DNA of 64,000 nt. Source: Calcarisporiella thermophila CBS 279.70 (taxonomy: Eukaryota > Fungi > Calcarisporiellomycota). Position numbers and translations under genes: made by a program. Every line of letters begins with the position of its first letter. Position 1 is the first letter of the stretch. The notes beneath the pieces are model-generated. The model saw only the letters and a program-made list of their open reading frames with translations. It was not told where the DNA came from and did not search any database. Below are positions 26,384-38,752 of this stretch, in pieces. The DNA lies in the NCBI RefSeq assembly GCF_041956535.1, contig NW_027192213.1, positions 366,444-430,443 on the forward strand. Reading direction: 5' to 3'.

Positions 26384-28251
26384 TTAATGAGGATAAGAAG
26401 ACTGGCGCAAAATTGGACGGGGATTTGGAAGTGAAAGACGAGGGACGGAGCACGCAGCACCTTTTTCAGCCGATGTCTCCAAGGACATCTCCAGCGACGC
26501 CAACACACTAGGCAGCGAGGGCAGGGAGGGGCGAGTGAATACGCCGTTGCAGCCAAAAGGATTGGATGCAGCCAAGGAGGAGGCTGCAAATCGTGAGCCC
26601 TCGTCCATTTCGGCATCCTCAAAGTCCGAGAGGAAAGTGCTGCATGCCGAACCACGCGAGAGGGCGGGAGACGGATAGGGCAAGGAGCGAAGCCCACCCA
26701 TGTTGGGCGCGGTGGGCGAGGTGGTGGAGGGGGGCGAGGAGAGCTGGGCGGGGGACACCGAGTCTTGCACGGGAGAGAAAGAGGGGGCAAGACCAAGCGG
26801 GCTGCCGTGGTCGACGCTCACAGGCGTACAGGGCGAGACCGGGGAAGGCTCCTGGTGCGGCTGAGAGGGGGGCAGGGATTGCTGCGGGGAGAGGTGCGGA
26901 CGCAGCTTCGTCGCTTGGCTAAGGAGGAAGCCCGTCCAGCTTGAGAACACCTCCGACGTCAGATACAGGTTGTAGTCAATCAGCCGCAGAAACGTGCGCT
27001 CAATCTCGTTCACTTCCAGGTTGGATAGACTGGTGATCTTGGACCATGCGCGGTTACGATAGTTCTTGTCCTGCAGAAACTTGTTGGCGACGATAAGCGC
27101 ACCCACAAACATACGCCTGCCACACTTGACGAGATCGTTCACAGGGACATCGTCACGACGGTAGGCGACGATTTTGTTACGTACTCGGCAGATGTAGAAG
27201 AGCGCCGTCTGAAAAGTGGAGTAGGAAGTGCGCGAGCGTCTCAGGGTCACTTCAATAAAATCGCGAAGGGCAAGAACCTTGGGATTGATAGTCTTCTGCG
27301 GCCAGATGGAGCCAATCACTAGCGCTGCAATATCTATAGAATGGGAGAGGAGGAAGGGAGAGGAGGTTAGTCAGGGCAGAGAGAAAGAGAGAGAGAGACG
27401 CGCAAGATAAGAAAGCATCGAAATAAGAAAATCAAGGTCAAAAGGAAAGTTGAGAGTCGCAGAAAGCCTCTTGCAACGCGAGATGCAAGCGAGTGCGATT
27501 CAAGATAAGCGAGAAAAGGGAACAAGCCAGTTGTTCAGAAGAAGTGCAGGCCGACACGTCTTTGTTGGGCAACGTATAATCGCTGCAGATACAAAGTAGT
27601 GCGTCGGACTGTAAAAGAAAAAAGAGCAAAATGAAAGCAAAAAAAAAGAGAAACCGCAGCCAAGAAGAGGAACTAAAGTAGGGTAGGAGAAGGGGATAGA
27701 AAGGAAAACACCAAGAATGAGATGTGGGGGGGGGAGGGAGATTGGGTGGAGAGGGGAGAGAGGAGGGAGGAGAAGGAAAGGGGGGGCTAATACTCACCCA
27801 CAAGATTCGAGACAAAGGGACGTACAATCGGCCCATCAGCCGAATCCTCCTGTGCAGACGATTGCGGCAGCGGCTGCGTCTGGACGCGACGCAACGGGTT
27901 GAACCGGTGCTGCTGGTGATGGGATCCTCGGATAGGGCCGCATCGTTTCGCGGAGACGGGGGCAGGAAGTGGAGGGGTGTGGTGAGGAGTGGAGAGAGGA
28001 AGTTGTGAAGTAGGAGGTGTTTCAAGTAGCCGATGATCGGCACACAGAAGAAAATTGCTAGCATTGCAAGTGGAATTCGAAGCGATGGTGGAGGCCGACG
28101 GGGCGGCTGCCGCTGCCCTCAGAGGAGCATGGACAGAGCACGGCGGGATGACGTCCACGGGTGACACAGAAAGGCGACCATACGCGGACTGCAGCGGCTG
28201 CGACGGCGACCGCCCCGTCGCTGAGTCGATGGGGGAATGAGAGTGTACCAT
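26384..28251 (-). CDS. Pho85-type (Pcl/Clg1-like) cyclin, 2 exons
   Basis: Cyclin box 'FIEVTLRRSRTSYSTFQTALFYI', 'CGRRMFVGALIVANKFLQDKNYRNRAWSKI', 'EVNEIERTFLRLIDYNL'. Intron 27334-27797 joins ORF 27787..28251 in frame (..SNLV-D-IAALVIGSIW). Confidence 0.88.
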
Positions 28252-29933
28252 CAGAGTTGTGTACGAAGGGGAAGTTTATCCAGCGAAGAAGAGATTAAGA
28301 GACGTAAGAGACTACGTGGTTAGAGCGACAGTAGGAGGGTTGTTAGAACGAGAAGGGGGGGGGGAGGGAGAAGAGCGGTGACGAGACGATCGATGGGTAG
28401 TAAGTTGTGCGATGAGATACGAAAGAAAGCTGCGGCAGGTGAGTATATATATATGTATGTTTGTGTATACGTATATATGAAGACGAAGGAAAAGGCTCAG
28501 TAGGGGGAAGCCTCTTCAGCGGGAGCAGCTTTTCTTCCCTAGTAAGAGGGAAAGGCAATGGTAGCGGAAATCATGTTGGGGCGGGGCGTAATCACAGAAC
28601 AACAGCAATAGATATAATCTATAGCATCAATGATTAATGGGATGGGGAGGTATGGGCGGGGGGGGAGCAATTCGATAAACAAACCTCTTTGTTAGTTAGT
28701 TAGGAGTCGGCGCAATGACAAATAGAGACTGTTGAAAATCAAGCGAGGAAACAAAGCAGTAGTCGTCGGGGGGGAGCGGGGCCACTGTTGAAGGGCTCTT
28801 AGCAGGGGGGGGGGGGACGGCGGTGGGGCGGCAGAGAGTGAGTTGGGAAAAAAAAAGTCCTTGGAGCCAAAAGGGCAAGTTTTAAAAAAAATTTTCAAGA
28901 GCAAAAATGAGGAAAAAAAAAAAGGCTCTAGCCACACACCGCAGGGAGCATACACTATGAGTGAGAAAAGCAAAATACGGATGAGCGCAAAAAAAAGCAG
29001 AAAAAGAAAAACTTTAAAATTATGAGTCAAGCTGAAAATGACCGAGTGACGTAACCAAATCGCCCAAAACGAGAACTGAGATAGGGGGAGCGCTTGGAGC
29101 GGAAGAAAACGTTTCGGTTTAAACTCCTCCTGAGCACAACGAACTCTGTGGAAAAACGGATGGACGAAAGCGGCCCCCTTGTCCTTGGAAGTGTGCCCTG
29201 CAGCCCATGCCCGCCTGAATTCTCTCTTTGTCCTCGGCGGCCCTCCCTGCGGCGGAGGGGCGCCCGCCGCGGGTGCAGGCACAGGGGAGGGCTGGGGAGC
29301 GCCCTCTTGCAAGCGAGGCGAGGCGGGCAGCAAGCCCAGCCGGTGGCGGGTGGAAAAGGCATCCACCGGGCCTTAGTGGATTGTTTGAAGCCACGCCAGG
29401 GAATGGCTCACCTCTTTACTGGCAAATTTGTTTTGAGTTGATGGGTCATCTTTGATACATATTGCGTTTGGTTGAAAGGGCGCTGCCCTCTTTCTTTATG
29501 GAGATGCGTTTACTTTTTACCGCCGTGGAACCGCCGAGGAACAATGGAGAGGGTTGGGAAGGAAAGTGATAATGCAAACGAAGATAATAGAAACAATACA
29601 AACATGATACAAACTTTCATAACTCCTTTCCTTTTTCTTCGCTCTGCGTTCCTCCCGTCTTTCCAATCAGGGCCGCGCATGACTAAAACGGTGTCGCTGG
29701 CACACCCATTCTGCCCCCCCTCGAAAGCAACCCTTGGATGCACGGCCCTCTGGGGCCCGAGGAAGAGGGGATGCAGGGCGCGAGGAGGGGGACAAGCGAT
29801 GGAAGGGGGGGGGGGGCGGCGGGCCGCGGCGACCAGGGAGAGACGCGACAAGCTTGACAAAGCTTTCTTCCTTATCGCCCACATGGCAAAAATAATGTTC
29901 ACCATGGTTACTCCATCATAGAAATCCTCTTCT

Positions 29934-30423
29934 NNNNNNNNNNNNNNNNNNNNNNNNNNNNNNNNNNNNNNNNNNNNNNNNNNNNNNNNNNNNNNNNNNN
30001 NNNNNNNNNNNNNNNNNNNNNNNNNNNNNNNNNNNNNNNNNNNNNNNNNNNNNNNNNNNNNNNNNNNNNNNNNNNNNNNNNNNNNNNNNNNNNNNNNNNN
30101 NNNNNNNNNNNNNNNNNNNNNNNNNNNNNNNNNNNNNNNNNNNNNNNNNNNNNNNNNNNNNNNNNNNNNNNNNNNNNNNNNNNNNNNNNNNNNNNNNNNN
30201 NNNNNNNNNNNNNNNNNNNNNNNNNNNNNNNNNNNNNNNNNNNNNNNNNNNNNNNNNNNNNNNNNNNNNNNNNNNNNNNNNNNNNNNNNNNNNNNNNNNN
30301 NNNNNNNNNNNNNNNNNNNNNNNNNNNNNNNNNNNNNNNNNNNNNNNNNNNNNNNNNNNNNNNNNNNNNNNNNNNNNNNNNNNNNNNNNNNNNNNNNNNN
30401 NNNNNNNNNNNNNNNNNNNNNNN
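29934..30423. other. Assembly gap (run of N)
   Basis: About 490 N bases. Confidence 1.
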
Positions 30424-32690
30424 TCTCCAATCCAGTCTGCCCTTGCCCATTTTCAGTTAAAACTTTTTTCCTTCCGGACTGTTTGGGTTAGGTTTGAGGC
30501 TGGGTCGCCATTAGCTTCTGTAAGTTTTGGATTGTCGCTAGATGCCTTAGCTAAGGTTGCTCTGGAGAGCGGATCATGCCTAATCATGCCCCAAGGCAGA
30601 GGCCATCCTCCAGCCATCCTTTGGGAGCCGGTGCTAGAATCGCATCGATCTCCTTCACTCCCCAACACTTGTTTTGCCTCTAAGCCATGCTCAGGCCAGA
30701 AACAGGATAAACAAAAAACTAGTCATCATTCTTCATCTGGAGCACCCAAAGGCGGTTGTTCCCAATTGGCTTGGAGGCCCATTTAATTTGGACCCCCGCC
30801 CATCGGATTTTTATCCCTTTCCCTCCATATGGAACGAGTTTGAGCTCAACGACAGTCATTAGGATGCCCCAATAAGGAATCCAGAATGCAGGCTACAATG
30901 ATATACTATATTGGATTCGTATCTATTACATGTTCAAAATAGTAGTAGAGACAACATGGAGATTGAATTCACAAACTTCTAGATTAGAGGAGGGGAAATA
31001 CTGAGCGGGATGGGATGAAATGACAAAAGGCTGAATCTAGACAACGACCATCGAAGTATCCACGCGCCTAGATCAATACTATAGAGAAAAAGAATCGGGT
31101 TAGCACGCTTCCATGCACCCTGGCACCCTTGCATTCATTGCTACCTTGAAGATAATATATAAGGCATGGATAATGCCTGGGAAATAGCCCAGTATCGTTA
31201 GGAGAATGTTAATGCAGAGATCGAAGTGGCAGCCACGCTCGAAGAAGACTCCGAGAGGAGGGAGGATAATGGCTAAGTATATGCAAAACAGAGATTAAGA
31301 ACTGATCACGAAGTCGAGTGGGAGGGGTGCATACAGCATCACCCCTCGCTTGCCACTTGAATGACATGCATATACGAAGCAAAAGAACGCTAGACGGGAG
31401 AAGGGGCGAACTACATACCACACGCGATTTTGCAAATGTCTGTACAGGTGAAAGGCATGGTGGAAGAATGAAGTCTTGATAATCAACGGAGAACCAAGGT
31501 GCAAAGAGAAATATATATAAAAGAGAGATGCTGCTGCACAACGGAAATGGGCTCCCTTATAAGCCATTCTAGCTTAATTTAAAATTGTCGGCTGGGCGTA
31601 ACTCCGTTAAATCTTCCTTTTGCGGCCAAACTCGTCTTCTTTGGATTACTTGGATTGTCTTGGCAAAATATATTAAGGAAAACAGAAGGAATGGAAACAC
31701 AAAAAGAAAAAAAAAACGGTCTTCCACAGTGGACGAGTCCGCCCTTACTTTAGGATCTCGATACAAGGGCAGGTAGATTCGTGGAGATGACGGAATATCA
31801 TGGAACATCGTGGAACGCCTTCTCTTGCACACGGGAACTCCTTGGCTCCATAGTGGGCAACCTAAATAAGCTGGTCCATTTAAGCCTCCCCCCCCCTTCC
31901 TCCCTTCTGCCAAGCTCCTATCGGAGTACTTGGTGGAGGAGCGGTAGAAGCATAAGCAACAGAGAGAATACCAAAGAATATTCTTTGGGGATTCAGTCTC
32001 TACTTGGACATGCTCAGAAATAACCATGGCTCGAGTCACTCTCGCTTGGCCTTTCAACGGGTAACGTGCGTTCTTTTCGTCTGTTTCCATTGCATCGGGG
32101 CAGAAACGCTGCTGACCATGAGGTAGGGCAGAAAAACCAGGGTCTCTCCTGGCGTTCGAATTTCTTAAAACCTACCATATAGTGCAATCGATATTACGTC
32201 TTCCTTACCGAAATGTTGAACACAAGACGAATAGAGGAGTCCCCCTCTCACCAAGCGAGCCACCTGCACGCTTTTGCTTGATTCAATGACGATCAAGGTC
32301 CTTCATTCGAAAAGCAGGGGACCTAATGTATAGGGTCGGCGCTCATCAACAAGGTCGAGAGAAGATGCCCTCGCTCCTCTCCCCCCTCCTCCCTTAGGGC
32401 CATGTTTTCAAATTAAAAATGGATGGATATGCTTTAATTCACAAAAGGAAAATGGGGTTAAAAACAAATTGACAAGTTCTTTCTAAACAATAACAAAATA
32501 GGCCTTGCTCGGTTTGGCTGGGCTCGTGCGAGAGGGGGTCAAGCACAAACACATCAACATCAATACAAGTGAATTGTCCCATTAATACCAGAAAACACCC
32601 GAAGAAAAAGAAACAATGGAAAGAAAATAAACCAAAATCTAAATATTCACATCACCCTCCTTACTCCTCCTCCTCCTCCGCCGCACAGGC

Positions 32691-35600
32691 TTAATGCTGC
32701 TGGTTGATCTTGGCAAAATAGGGGGTCATGAACTCAAAGAAGGCGAACTGGGAGGGCTGCGTGCCGTACTGGTAGATGAACCGCGACGCGAGGTAGGCGC
32801 CGAAAATGGCCCGGACATAGTTCTCGGGGACTCGCTTCAGCAGCTCGTCAAGGCCAAGCTGGTCCAGGAGCAGCTTGGGGAAGGCCTCGCGAAGCACGGC
32901 CTTGCGCAGGGCCTCGTTGTCCCAGAGCTCGGTGCGCTGCAGCTGCTCGTTGAGCTGTACGATGGCGGTGCTGAGGTCGTCAGACACCACGGCCCGGGGG
33001 GCACCGGTGCGCTTGTGCTCGCGCCAGATGCACTCGAACTCCAGCTCGGCATTCTTCTCGATGATGCGATGCACCTCGTTGATGTAGTTGCGGTAGAACT
33101 CGGGCACCTGGTCGCCATGCACCTGCATGTGCTCGGCAAACTCGGCGTCGTTGAACGCCAGCGCGGCCAGCACCTCGAGCGAGGAGGAGGTCACGCCTCC
33201 CTTGTTGGCCGACGCGTCCTTGAAGATGATGGCGCCCGCCTTCTCGAGGCGGAGGCGGGCCTCCTGGGTGAAGAAGAGGTTGGCGCCCTCGACAATGTAC
33301 TTGAAGCGAGGGTTGCCGTGGGAATCCAGGAGCTTGTGCACGTTGCCGAGATCGACGGATTCCGGACGACCGCCACACGGCACGAACACGAGCGCGGTCG
33401 ACAGAGGGTGAAGGTGGAAGTTGTTGCGGAACGAGAGCCCGTCCTCCACCACCTCCCCGCTCGGCAGCTTGACGTTGAACTCGTCGACCAGCACCTTGAA
33501 GCCCTTGGGCCCAAGCTTCTCGGGGTTGAAGTTGCTGATCATCAGGCGGGCATTGGCAAGCCGTGTCAACTCATCCCGGGAAATGCCCTCAGGGTCGTAG
33601 AGAACTCCCGACCCGTCCACGATGGCGACCGTCTTGTCCTTGGAGATCTTGATTTCGTTCGAGCCGAGATCCCCATCGGGCCCACCCGTCTGCAGCTTGG
33701 TGACCTGCTCCTCCTTCAGCCCGAGCTTTCGATAAATGCCAAGCACGTACTGGTGCACGGAGCGTGTGGTCATGCCGAACAAATCGTGGGGAATCCCGCC
33801 AAGCGACTGGCTCTTGCCCGTGGTGAAGGCCTTCCAGAAGCTTGCGCCGCGCTTGCGAGCGTGCTGTGAGGCCCAATCCATGTAGTCAGCAGTGCCCTCG
33901 TCGGGGCCGAAGAAGAGGATCTCGGTCTTGCCATGCAGATCGATGATTTGCTAAAGGGAGGTGGAGGAAAGAGAGAGAGAGAGAGAGAGAGAAGAGAAAC
34001 AGGTTAGCCCGGGGAAATCTGGGTGCGGTGGGCGTCGAGAGATGGGGGGGGGGAGGAGGCTTACCTCTTTGATGCCGGGGGAGTGGCCCGGAATCAACAA
34101 GTCCAAGATACTGTCCACGTATTTTTCAAAGGCGACGCGGGGCTTATCTTGCTGGGTGATGTCGAGCAGGATGGTGCCCTTGGAGCCGCCCTCGGGAATG
34201 TCCTTGTTCTTGCGCTGCTGGGTTGCGGCCAGGGCGTAGTTCTCGTCGAACAAGCTTCGCAGGTTGATGCTGTAGGCTTCCTTGTTGCGCGAGCGGATGA
34301 TGCGGATGCCACCGCGGGCGACGTCTCGGAAGCGGAGGTGGAATCCGCGGAACTCGCTGCCGATCACGAGGAACATGCCGTAGACCTTGTTGGGGTACTC
34401 GATCTCGGGCAGGAACGCGGGGTTGAGGCGGAACGAGAGCGCCACCTTGGTGGGCTGGTAGAAGTTGGTCTTGAGCACGTGCTTGTTGAAGATGAGGAAC
34501 GACTCCATGACCATGAACTCGTGGCTGTTGGAGGTGGTGCGGCGGATCTTCTCGTGCAGCTCCTGGTCGGTCAGCACGTGCTCGGCCTGGAGGCGCTGGT
34601 ACGAGAGGGTGGGCTTGATGGCGGCGTTCGGCGGGTTGATGTAGTGGATCATGGCGAAGTTGGTGTAGAGCAGCTTGATGAGCTCGGGGTAGGTCTTGAT
34701 GATGTCGAGGATGTACTCGCGCGTGAACGTGTCGGTGCGCAGCCGCTTCTTGATCTTGTTGAGCACCTCCTCGTGCTCGGGGTTGGAGCGGTCCAGGATG
34801 GAGGTCAGCGAGGCGTACTCGCTCCCCAGGCGGTTGAGGAAGTGCTGGGCGAAGATCCAGCCGACGTAGCCGTAGATCGCCTCCTGCACGCTCAGCTGGC
34901 CGGTCTGGAAGAAGAACTGCAGCGGGGTGGTGGGCAGACAGTAGATGAGCGAGGCCTCCTTGATCACCTGGTAGATGCTGTGCTCGATCGGGGGCGACTG
35001 GGTGTTTGGCACCTGGTTGAGGTAGAGACAGAGGATGCTGACGCCGTTGGAGAACTGCTCCACGTACTTGCGGGTCGAATACAGGTCGTAGTAGTGGTAT
35101 AGATCCGACATGGCCGAGAAGAACTGCTGTGTGCTGCGCTGGCGATAGCCAATCACGAGGCGGCGCTCGCGGCTGTTCTCCACCTCGAACATCTCGATCA
35201 CGGGCCCCGTGCGCTGCAACACCTTGCGCACCATGTTCTGGTAGATCTCGAGGGTGTTCTCCGTGGCCTTCTCGAGGAAGGTCTTGTCGGAAATCTGCCG
35301 GATGTCCGCCTCCTCCTCAGCGGTCGGGTTGGGGTTTACGAAATGGCACTTCTTGACGAAATAGCAGCGCAGTTGGTGGTTCAGTAGTGACGAGACGGTG
35401 CCCGTGGAGCGATACGATTCGACGCGGAATGAGAGCTCGGTGGAGCTGTTGTCAAGATATTTGGAGTCGATTCTAAGGGGGGAGGGAGGGGGAGGGAAGG
35501 GGAGGAGAGGAGAGTGAGAAACCTAGAGAGGCCGGCGGGGGAAGGAGGGGAATGGCGACTAAAGCCGTCCACTGGCTTACCTTTTCTCATGCTGGGCTTG

Positions 35601-36064
35601 TGGGCCGGCTAGCTCTGAGATGCCGGGGCGGGAGGTATGGATGTAGACGGCGCCTTCATCAGTTTCATTCTCAAGGCTGATTTCAAGCTTGGCCTCCTTC
35701 TTGGTGTAGGCGGAGATCTTGGCGCCATATAGTGACATGATGTGGTTGGCAATGGTCTCGGCGGACTCATTTTGGAAGTACATGTCGTCGATGCCGAGGT
35801 TACTGTGGGAAAAAAAACACCGTTTATAGAAAATGTCAGATGAATTCAGGGGAGGGCGGGAAAAGTCGGCCCATCGTACCCGTAGAACCAGGAGACTTCG
35901 TTCTGGACAAGCTCCTTGGGCAGGAAGCCCTGTTCCTCAAGGAGCTGATTCACCTTGAGCATCTGCTCCTGCTTGCCCTCAAAGACAATGGGGTTATAGC
36001 CGGTGGAATTCTCCACCATCTGACCCTTGCTCTGATTCTCACCGTTCAAATTTGTTCCAGTCAT
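32691..36064 (-). CDS. GDH2: NAD-specific glutamate dehydrogenase (large fungal type), 5 exons
   Basis: 'RGFHLRFRDVARGGIR', 'KNKDIPEGGSKG', 'LFFGPDEGTA', 'AFTTGKS..LGGIPHD', 'QTGGPDGDLGSNEI', 'VEGANLF', 'KDASANKGGVTSSSLEVL'. Confidence 0.97.
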
Positions 36065-36901
36065 GGCTAGAGGGGAGTGTATGATGAATGAAGAGATGAA
36101 GAGGGGGAAGAAAAGCGAGAGAAAATGAAGACTATGAAGACGGGTGGGGAGAAAAGCAAGAAACAAAGAGCCAAACCAAGTGAGCAATTGTTTATAAAAA
36201 TGTCAAAATTTGTGTGCAGGAAAATAAAAAGCGAGGGCTTCTATAAACTCCAATTATTTGACTTTGAATTTTGTTGGGCGAATAGTCAAATTTCTCACGC
36301 TCTTGTTCGTTCTCCACACCGCTTTTTTTTCCTCCCCCTCTGCGTCCGACTCCATCCGCTTGTTCCGATGGCCCTGCGCTTCCACCCGGGATCCAACGCG
36401 GCCAGAAAATACACCGAGAGAATCACCGTGCGACGGTGAGACTTCCCCCCGCGCCCTCCTAGTTGCCGCCCCCGTCCTCCCCCTCCCTCCCCTGCTACTT
36501 TCCTATGCCACAACCTCGAATCGAAGCCAGCGAATTGATTTGCAAAATTTGCTGAGATGTCCATGGATTTCTATTTTTAAATTTGAGATGAGGGATTTCT
36601 TCGGCGTTGTCAAAATCCGGGGCGGAAGCCCAAACCCAGCAGCCCCTTGGCAGGAGAGAGAACGGAACAAAATTGGCATGCGGGAAGGAACGTTCCATTG
36701 CCTCATCCAGCAACGAACCACGTTTATTTACACTTCAATATTATTAATGACTAAGGAAGACAATACAGGACTATGACAAGGAATGCTGCATGCATATTTA
36801 CACGGGGGGGGGGGGGCGGAATGTTTGTAGGGGAAGGAGGAGAGGGAGGGGAGAGAAGGCACGGGAGGGGGCGCAGAGGCAAAATCCAAAAGATGGTGCA
36901 A

Positions 36902-38428
36902 CTATTCTATAGTCATGAACCGCGACGATGCGGGGTTATTCGCCGTCACTGTTACTCCACTCGTATGTAGCACTATATTCCAAAACGGCCGGTTAGCAAA
37001 CGCTTGCTCATGCGATTGGCACCAATGCCATATTCAGAACATATTCAACTCACAGTATTGCTTCAAGCCCTTTCCGAAATTCAACCAGCACGCTAAAGCG
37101 TTGACAAATGTGGCCAATAGAGCCATGAGGGAGATGGCCGCTAGAGACGGGTGCGAAAAGCAAAACGTAAGCCAACTATGCTAAAGGGAGTTTAGTTCTC
37201 CGAAAAAGAAGCACTAACCAAAAGTCGACAGAAACAGGAGCATGGCGCGATATTTTAGTGCTTGTTCCGCACCGTACATGCGGACAAGTTTGAAGGCAAA
37301 ATAAGCCATCCCTCCCAATAACAAAACGAGAAAAAGCATCATCAAGGAGCGTGATTCATGTCGCACCTATGTTTTGGTTGAGTGGTTTGGTCATGCACAC
37401 GAAAGAGAAGGAAAAAAAAAGCACAACCCAAAATTCACTTACACTCCAAATAGCAACTAACAACACAACCAAAGTCAAGGGAATGAGGACGATGGTCAGC
37501 GCATATTCGATGTCACCTTGTTTTAACACAAGCACTAGGTATTGCACGCAGAAGCCGAGGAAGAAGAAGAAGTCGAATTTGATGAGAAGGAGAAAGACTT
37601 GATACGTGCGATAGATATCTACATGGAGAAGTGAAGCTAGGTTCGTTGTCTTGTGGGACCATCCTGTTCAAAAATTCCCTTACTCTTCATTATCGGATCG
37701 GCCCCTACTTTCTTGTAAATAGACCATCTATTGCGCATATTTGCTGGAGATATAGAAGTGGAGCGAGACTTCAGAGCAAACCCACTTACCCAAATTCCTT
37801 GTAAAGCATACTGCCGAGGTAAAGGTAACCGAGCTCCGTTACGCCGATAGTTAGTGCCACTCCCACAAGTTTCATTTTGATGTGCTCGAAGTAGCTTGCG
37901 TAGGGCTCGCTAAAAGCCTGGGACATTTGAACATACTATAGTTATGTGGGTTAGTTCAACCCCCTTCTCATGGCAGGAGTAGGAGACACATGCCTGGACA
38001 ATGGATAATATGAAGCAGAGTATGTTGCTTATTCCGAATCCTATGACCTGAATCGTGTTTTGGTGTGCGAGCGCATCCCATATTATGACCAGGTTGAACA
38101 ACTGGGCAAAAGTGAAGATAACAAGATAAGCCGGAGTGCTTCGTCCTAACGCATCATTAAAGATTTTTCTACCATTTTGCGAAAATAAGCTTCATAGAGG
38201 TAGTACTATGGAAATGGTAAGACACTTACGATCCTGGATTAAAACCAACTATGGTAGTGCAGACTATGACTTCGAGCAGGATTACGGCGAACGCCTCCAG
38301 GAGAACTAGGAGAAAGGTCAACCTCGAGTACCGAGATTTGGGAAACAGCTACAATGAAAACAAATTAAAAGTAATTAGACACCACATAGGCCGCTCTTCT
38401 CGTAATTGTCTACCTTGGATAACTGCAT
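36902..38428 (-). CDS. Multi-pass membrane protein, UPF0658-like, many small exons (one GC-AG intron)
   Basis: Hand-spliced: 'WDALAHQNTIQVIG', 'LYKEFGWSIYKKVGADP', 'YQVFLLLIKFDFFFFLGFCVQYLVLV', 'VRHES', 'CWLNFGKGLK', ends FMTIE*. Confidence 0.75.
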
Positions 38429-38752
38429 GTGAAAATCGGTAAAAACGTTAGAATCCAACTTTCCCCTGACCGAAATTTTAATAAAAAAAGATCGGGCTAT
38501 TAAAGATAAAAATATAGAGCAGTCACTTCGACGTCACTTTTAAAGCTTAAACAGAAACGCGAATTGTGCTTTACATGGGAAGCTCGCGATTGTCATGTTA
38601 ACTGCTTTCTTTAATCCTCTTCAATAATATTTTGTCATCCAATCTCCACGCCTCTCCCTCCCCCCCCCTCTCTCTTACCTTTTTTACTCAGCTTATATTC
38701 CATATACCAGTGACAAGAGCAACTAATCTTCCATACGGCCCCGATCCAAAGT

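Noticed and set aside
28692-29921. ORFs of 100-224 aa upstream of the cyclin
   Set aside because: Low-complexity homopolymer-driven translations; probably regulatory DNA.
29510-30450. ORFs of 306 and 180 aa
   Set aside because: Artefacts of translating through the N gap.
30453-32400. Possible hidden gene or transposon (e.g. 173-aa ORF 31569-32090)
   Set aside because: No domain, terminal repeat, TSD or RNA motif recognisable by eye. Cannot be excluded without a database search.
32694-35102. Long antisense ORFs (391 aa and 359 aa) opposite GDH2
   Set aside because: Codon-aligned shadows of a strongly GC3-biased gene that lacks TTA/CTA/TCA codons. They are confined to GDH2 exons and show no independent motifs.
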